Assembly (NCBI GenBank): GCA_964252035.1
Contig: OZ176209.1
Direction: 5' to 3' (one strand)
DNA: 64,000 nucleotides
From: Podarcis erhardii
Lineage: Eukaryota
Below the pieces are notes generated by a model that saw only the letters and a list, made by a program, of their open reading frames with translations, had not been told where the DNA came from and made no database searches. Numbering within the stretch: the stretch's first letter is position 1; each line of letters opens with the position of its first letter. The position numbers and the translations under genes were made by a program. Positions 61,213 to 64,000 of this stretch are shown here, piece by piece.

Positions 61213-61322
61213 CAGGTGTGGGAATCTTTGGGCTCCCAGTTGTTGCTGAACTATAACTCCCATCATCCCATGCCATTAGCATGTTCAACAACATCTGGAG
61301 GTCCAAATGTTTCCCACACCTG
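61213..61322. mobile_element. Fold-back hAT MITE, internally deleted
   Basis: Perfect 12-bp ends CAGGTGTGGGAA / TTCCCACACCTG. Confidence 0.75.
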
Positions 61323-62002
61323 CTGTGCATCATAAAGTAAGTTTACTAAGGACAAGAATATTGCAACCCAGTCCCAGAACTCAGTCCATTAGACTCTGAA
61401 TTTGAAAACCTGACAAAATGTAACGCTAATCATTACAAATATATTTAGTTTGACAAATTCATGTTTCTGCGCAACTGCAGCAGAACTTGCAAATGGAAAT
61501 ATGTGAAACAATTGTTGTGGGTAGGTTACTGCATGTTAGTTCATCTTATATATCAGATTCTTAACAGCTTGAGACAAAATGTAAGGCATTACCCCTTTCC
61601 CTTGCTCTCTAGCATTAACTGTACACATAAACACCGAGCATGTTTCTATATTATACATGCCTCACCAGCCCATTGATCTTATATTTTTTTTATGAATCAC
61701 TTTCAGTTTATTGTGTAATATCTGCAGTTCCAATTGCAGTAATTGGGACAGTACTGGGATGATATAGGTATTGATCCTGAAACACAGTAAATAGTTTGTA
61801 TCATATGATTTAGATGAGTCTGTTTTATACAGACTGGATAGAACTGCAGACACTGAGAAAACAAATTTATGCAGCAATTTTATTTCAATCAATACTTTGT
61901 CATCTAGAACTGACTCATATCTAACCCATGACCTTCAGCTCAGTCTGACATGGAAATCTCCCAGTCCTATTTCTATGATGTCTGCTACCAACTTATACTG
62001 TA

Positions 62003-62156
62003 AAGGTAAAGGTAAAGGTAAAGGGACCCCTGACCATAAGGTCCAGTCGCGGACGACTCTGGGGTTGCGCACTCATCTTGCTCTATAGGCCGAGGGAGCT
62101 GGCGTTTGTCCGCAGGCAGTTTTTCCGGGTCATGTGGCCAGCATGACTAAGCCGCT
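62003..62156 (-). mobile_element. Sauria SINE, 5'-truncated
   Basis: (GGTAAA)n tail and GGGACCCCTGACC...GGGTCATGTGGCCAGCATGACTAAGCCGC. 10-bp TSD TTATACTGTA at 61993-62002 and 62157-62166. Confidence 0.93.
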
Positions 62157-64000
62157 TTATACTGTAGCATCTTGTAAATAATTGTTCAGGCTCTGTTTCT
62201 CTAATATCTACTGTAGCTCTCCAGTTACCCTTTATCCCCTTATTACTATCCCAAAACCTGTCTTGAACAGTCACTTGTAGCTCTGTGATCATCCCAAGGC
62301 AAATCTGCTTCGACTTGGTTTTCGCTAAGGCCCAGAGACCATGCTAGTGCCAGGCTCGCTGGCTACCCCCACGCCTTCATTCAAAAATGCATCCTTCCAA
62401 TGCTTCCTTTCATTAAAGAAACAAACAAACCCTGTCAAGCTTCATCAGAGGTATTTGCATAAAACATGCAGTTTGACCCAGAAGAGGACTGTGTCACACT
62501 TTAGTATTGTTATCCAAAGCTACTAAAACGCATTGTTTTGCATCTTATGCCACTTTCTGATTTTCTCTATGCACTGTACTCCCTGTGTGCATAATTAATC
62601 CTTGTGGTGTTAAGGCAAGAATCACGGTTTGTCCCTGAAGAGTTGAAAAACTAGTAAGAAATAAGATACTTTAAAGAAACTCATATTTATGTAAAAAAAA
62701 TGTATAATCACATTTCAACTTTTCATTCCACCCCATACCACATTCTTGTTCTCTTTTCTTTTCTTCTCATGATGTTCCAAGAGGTTCTACCTATATTTCT
62801 CTTCTTGACTGTTGTGTCCCCTGGGTGGAAAACTACTCTTTTTTCGCTAACGCAAAAGAAACAAGTGAAAACAGAAAGATGGGTGGGAATCTCATTTAAA
62901 CTTACAAGGAGAACTGAATCCCCTGCAATGTGATAGCATCACTGGGGCTCTATTAAACTATAATCTAACTTGTTTCCTGATGAATCACTAATCTGCCTCT
63001 GCTCTAAAAATATCAGTCAGGAAGTAAAGAACAATAGGGAAGGTACTGTGAGTCCTTCACTGAATTACTATCTTGATTATATATGTAACATTTTCATTGC
63101 CAAGAAAAAGTGAGCACGTCATGTTTGATGCCCCACAACTGCCATAGAAAAATATATCTTCCAAACAGACTATTTACTGAGCCATCAATTTCTCTAGCAC
63201 AATGCTGGTGCCATTTATTACAAATTACAATGTAAGATCCAAAGAAACCCTAAATAATCCATATGCTAATGTCACCAAGCTCAATGAATGAACATGCTCT
63301 GATCCCGCAGCTTTAAGAATTTTGTTAGTGGCAAAATTCACTAAGTGGCACAGCTTTTCCCATCACAAAGCTGCAGTGATGGAAGAAGTCACGCCCGTGA
63401 TAGTTGTCTATCCACTGTATCCACTTAAGTTGGTAAGTCTTTCAGGTGCCACAAGACTCCTTATCCTTTTTTGCTACAATTTAACTAAAACTGGGAAGGT
63501 ATTGTATATTGCAATTGTGAAAGCATCTAAATATGTCTCTCTGCAGTCAGTTCAATTATAAGTTCTGTAATATAGTCAGTCCTATTAATACTCACTTTAT
63601 TCTGGTAAAGGTCTCCCATGAGGCTGCAATCCTACCTGGAAAGTATAAGACTCATTGAACAAAATGGTATTTACTTCTGAGTTAAAATGCATAGAATTTG
63701 GTGGATACTTTCTGGTCCACTGCAGAAAAAGAAGGTTTCTGTTTCAAGAGTGCACAGCATTCTTCATTTTTGGGCACTTCCATGCTAGCCATTTACTTTA
63801 TGCTTGCAGTGTCCCAGGCACTCATTTTTAGGTATATTTCCACATGACATCATGCTGGAATTGAGCACGTCTTGATTCAAACCCCTCCCCCACCTAACAT
63901 ATTATATAGCTTTACCTAAGGGGGGGGGGGATAAGACCAGTAAAATTACAAAAACTGGACAATTCAAAGTGAAACTATTTTATATTGTTGTAAATTGCCC

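Noticed and set aside
1-64000. Prokaryotic systems (CRISPR arrays, operons, defence islands), rRNA or tRNA genes
   Set aside because: The window is intron/exon-structured vertebrate DNA. No regularly spaced repeat-spacer array was seen, and tRNA-like boxes occur only inside SINEs.

Overview
Eukaryotic genomic DNA from a squamate reptile, most likely a lacertid lizard, judged from Sauria-type SINEs, Squam3/MIR-like SINEs, CR1 and typical hAT/Tc1-mariner MITEs. The first ~30.5 kb hold a complete plus-strand gene of the ORP5/ORP8 lipid-transfer subfamily. I could chain 21 GT-AG coding exons in frame from ATG 521 to TAG 26655 (2589 nt, 862 aa): polybasic segment, PH domain, ORD with EQVSHHPP, coiled coil and C-terminal TM anchor. 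A ~3.8 kb 3'UTR follows and ends at a double AATAAA (30462-30472). The gene body is closest to OSBPL8, but the first coding exon is of the ORP5 type (MKAEGPQRRRFSSC..., 136 nt, phase 1). Several residues are ORP5-like, and BBS10, the usual downstream neighbour of OSBPL8, is absent from the next 33 kb. The main hypothesis is an ORP8-like paralog or isoform with ancestral ORP5-type architecture. The remaining ~33 kb has no recognisable host gene. It carries a YY1/CpG promoter-like patch, many TE remnants, and a Ngaro/DIRS-like fragment with an open SGNH-hydrolase frame nested inside a CR1 3' end. All comparisons with human proteins and repeat consensus sequences are from memory and need database confirmation.
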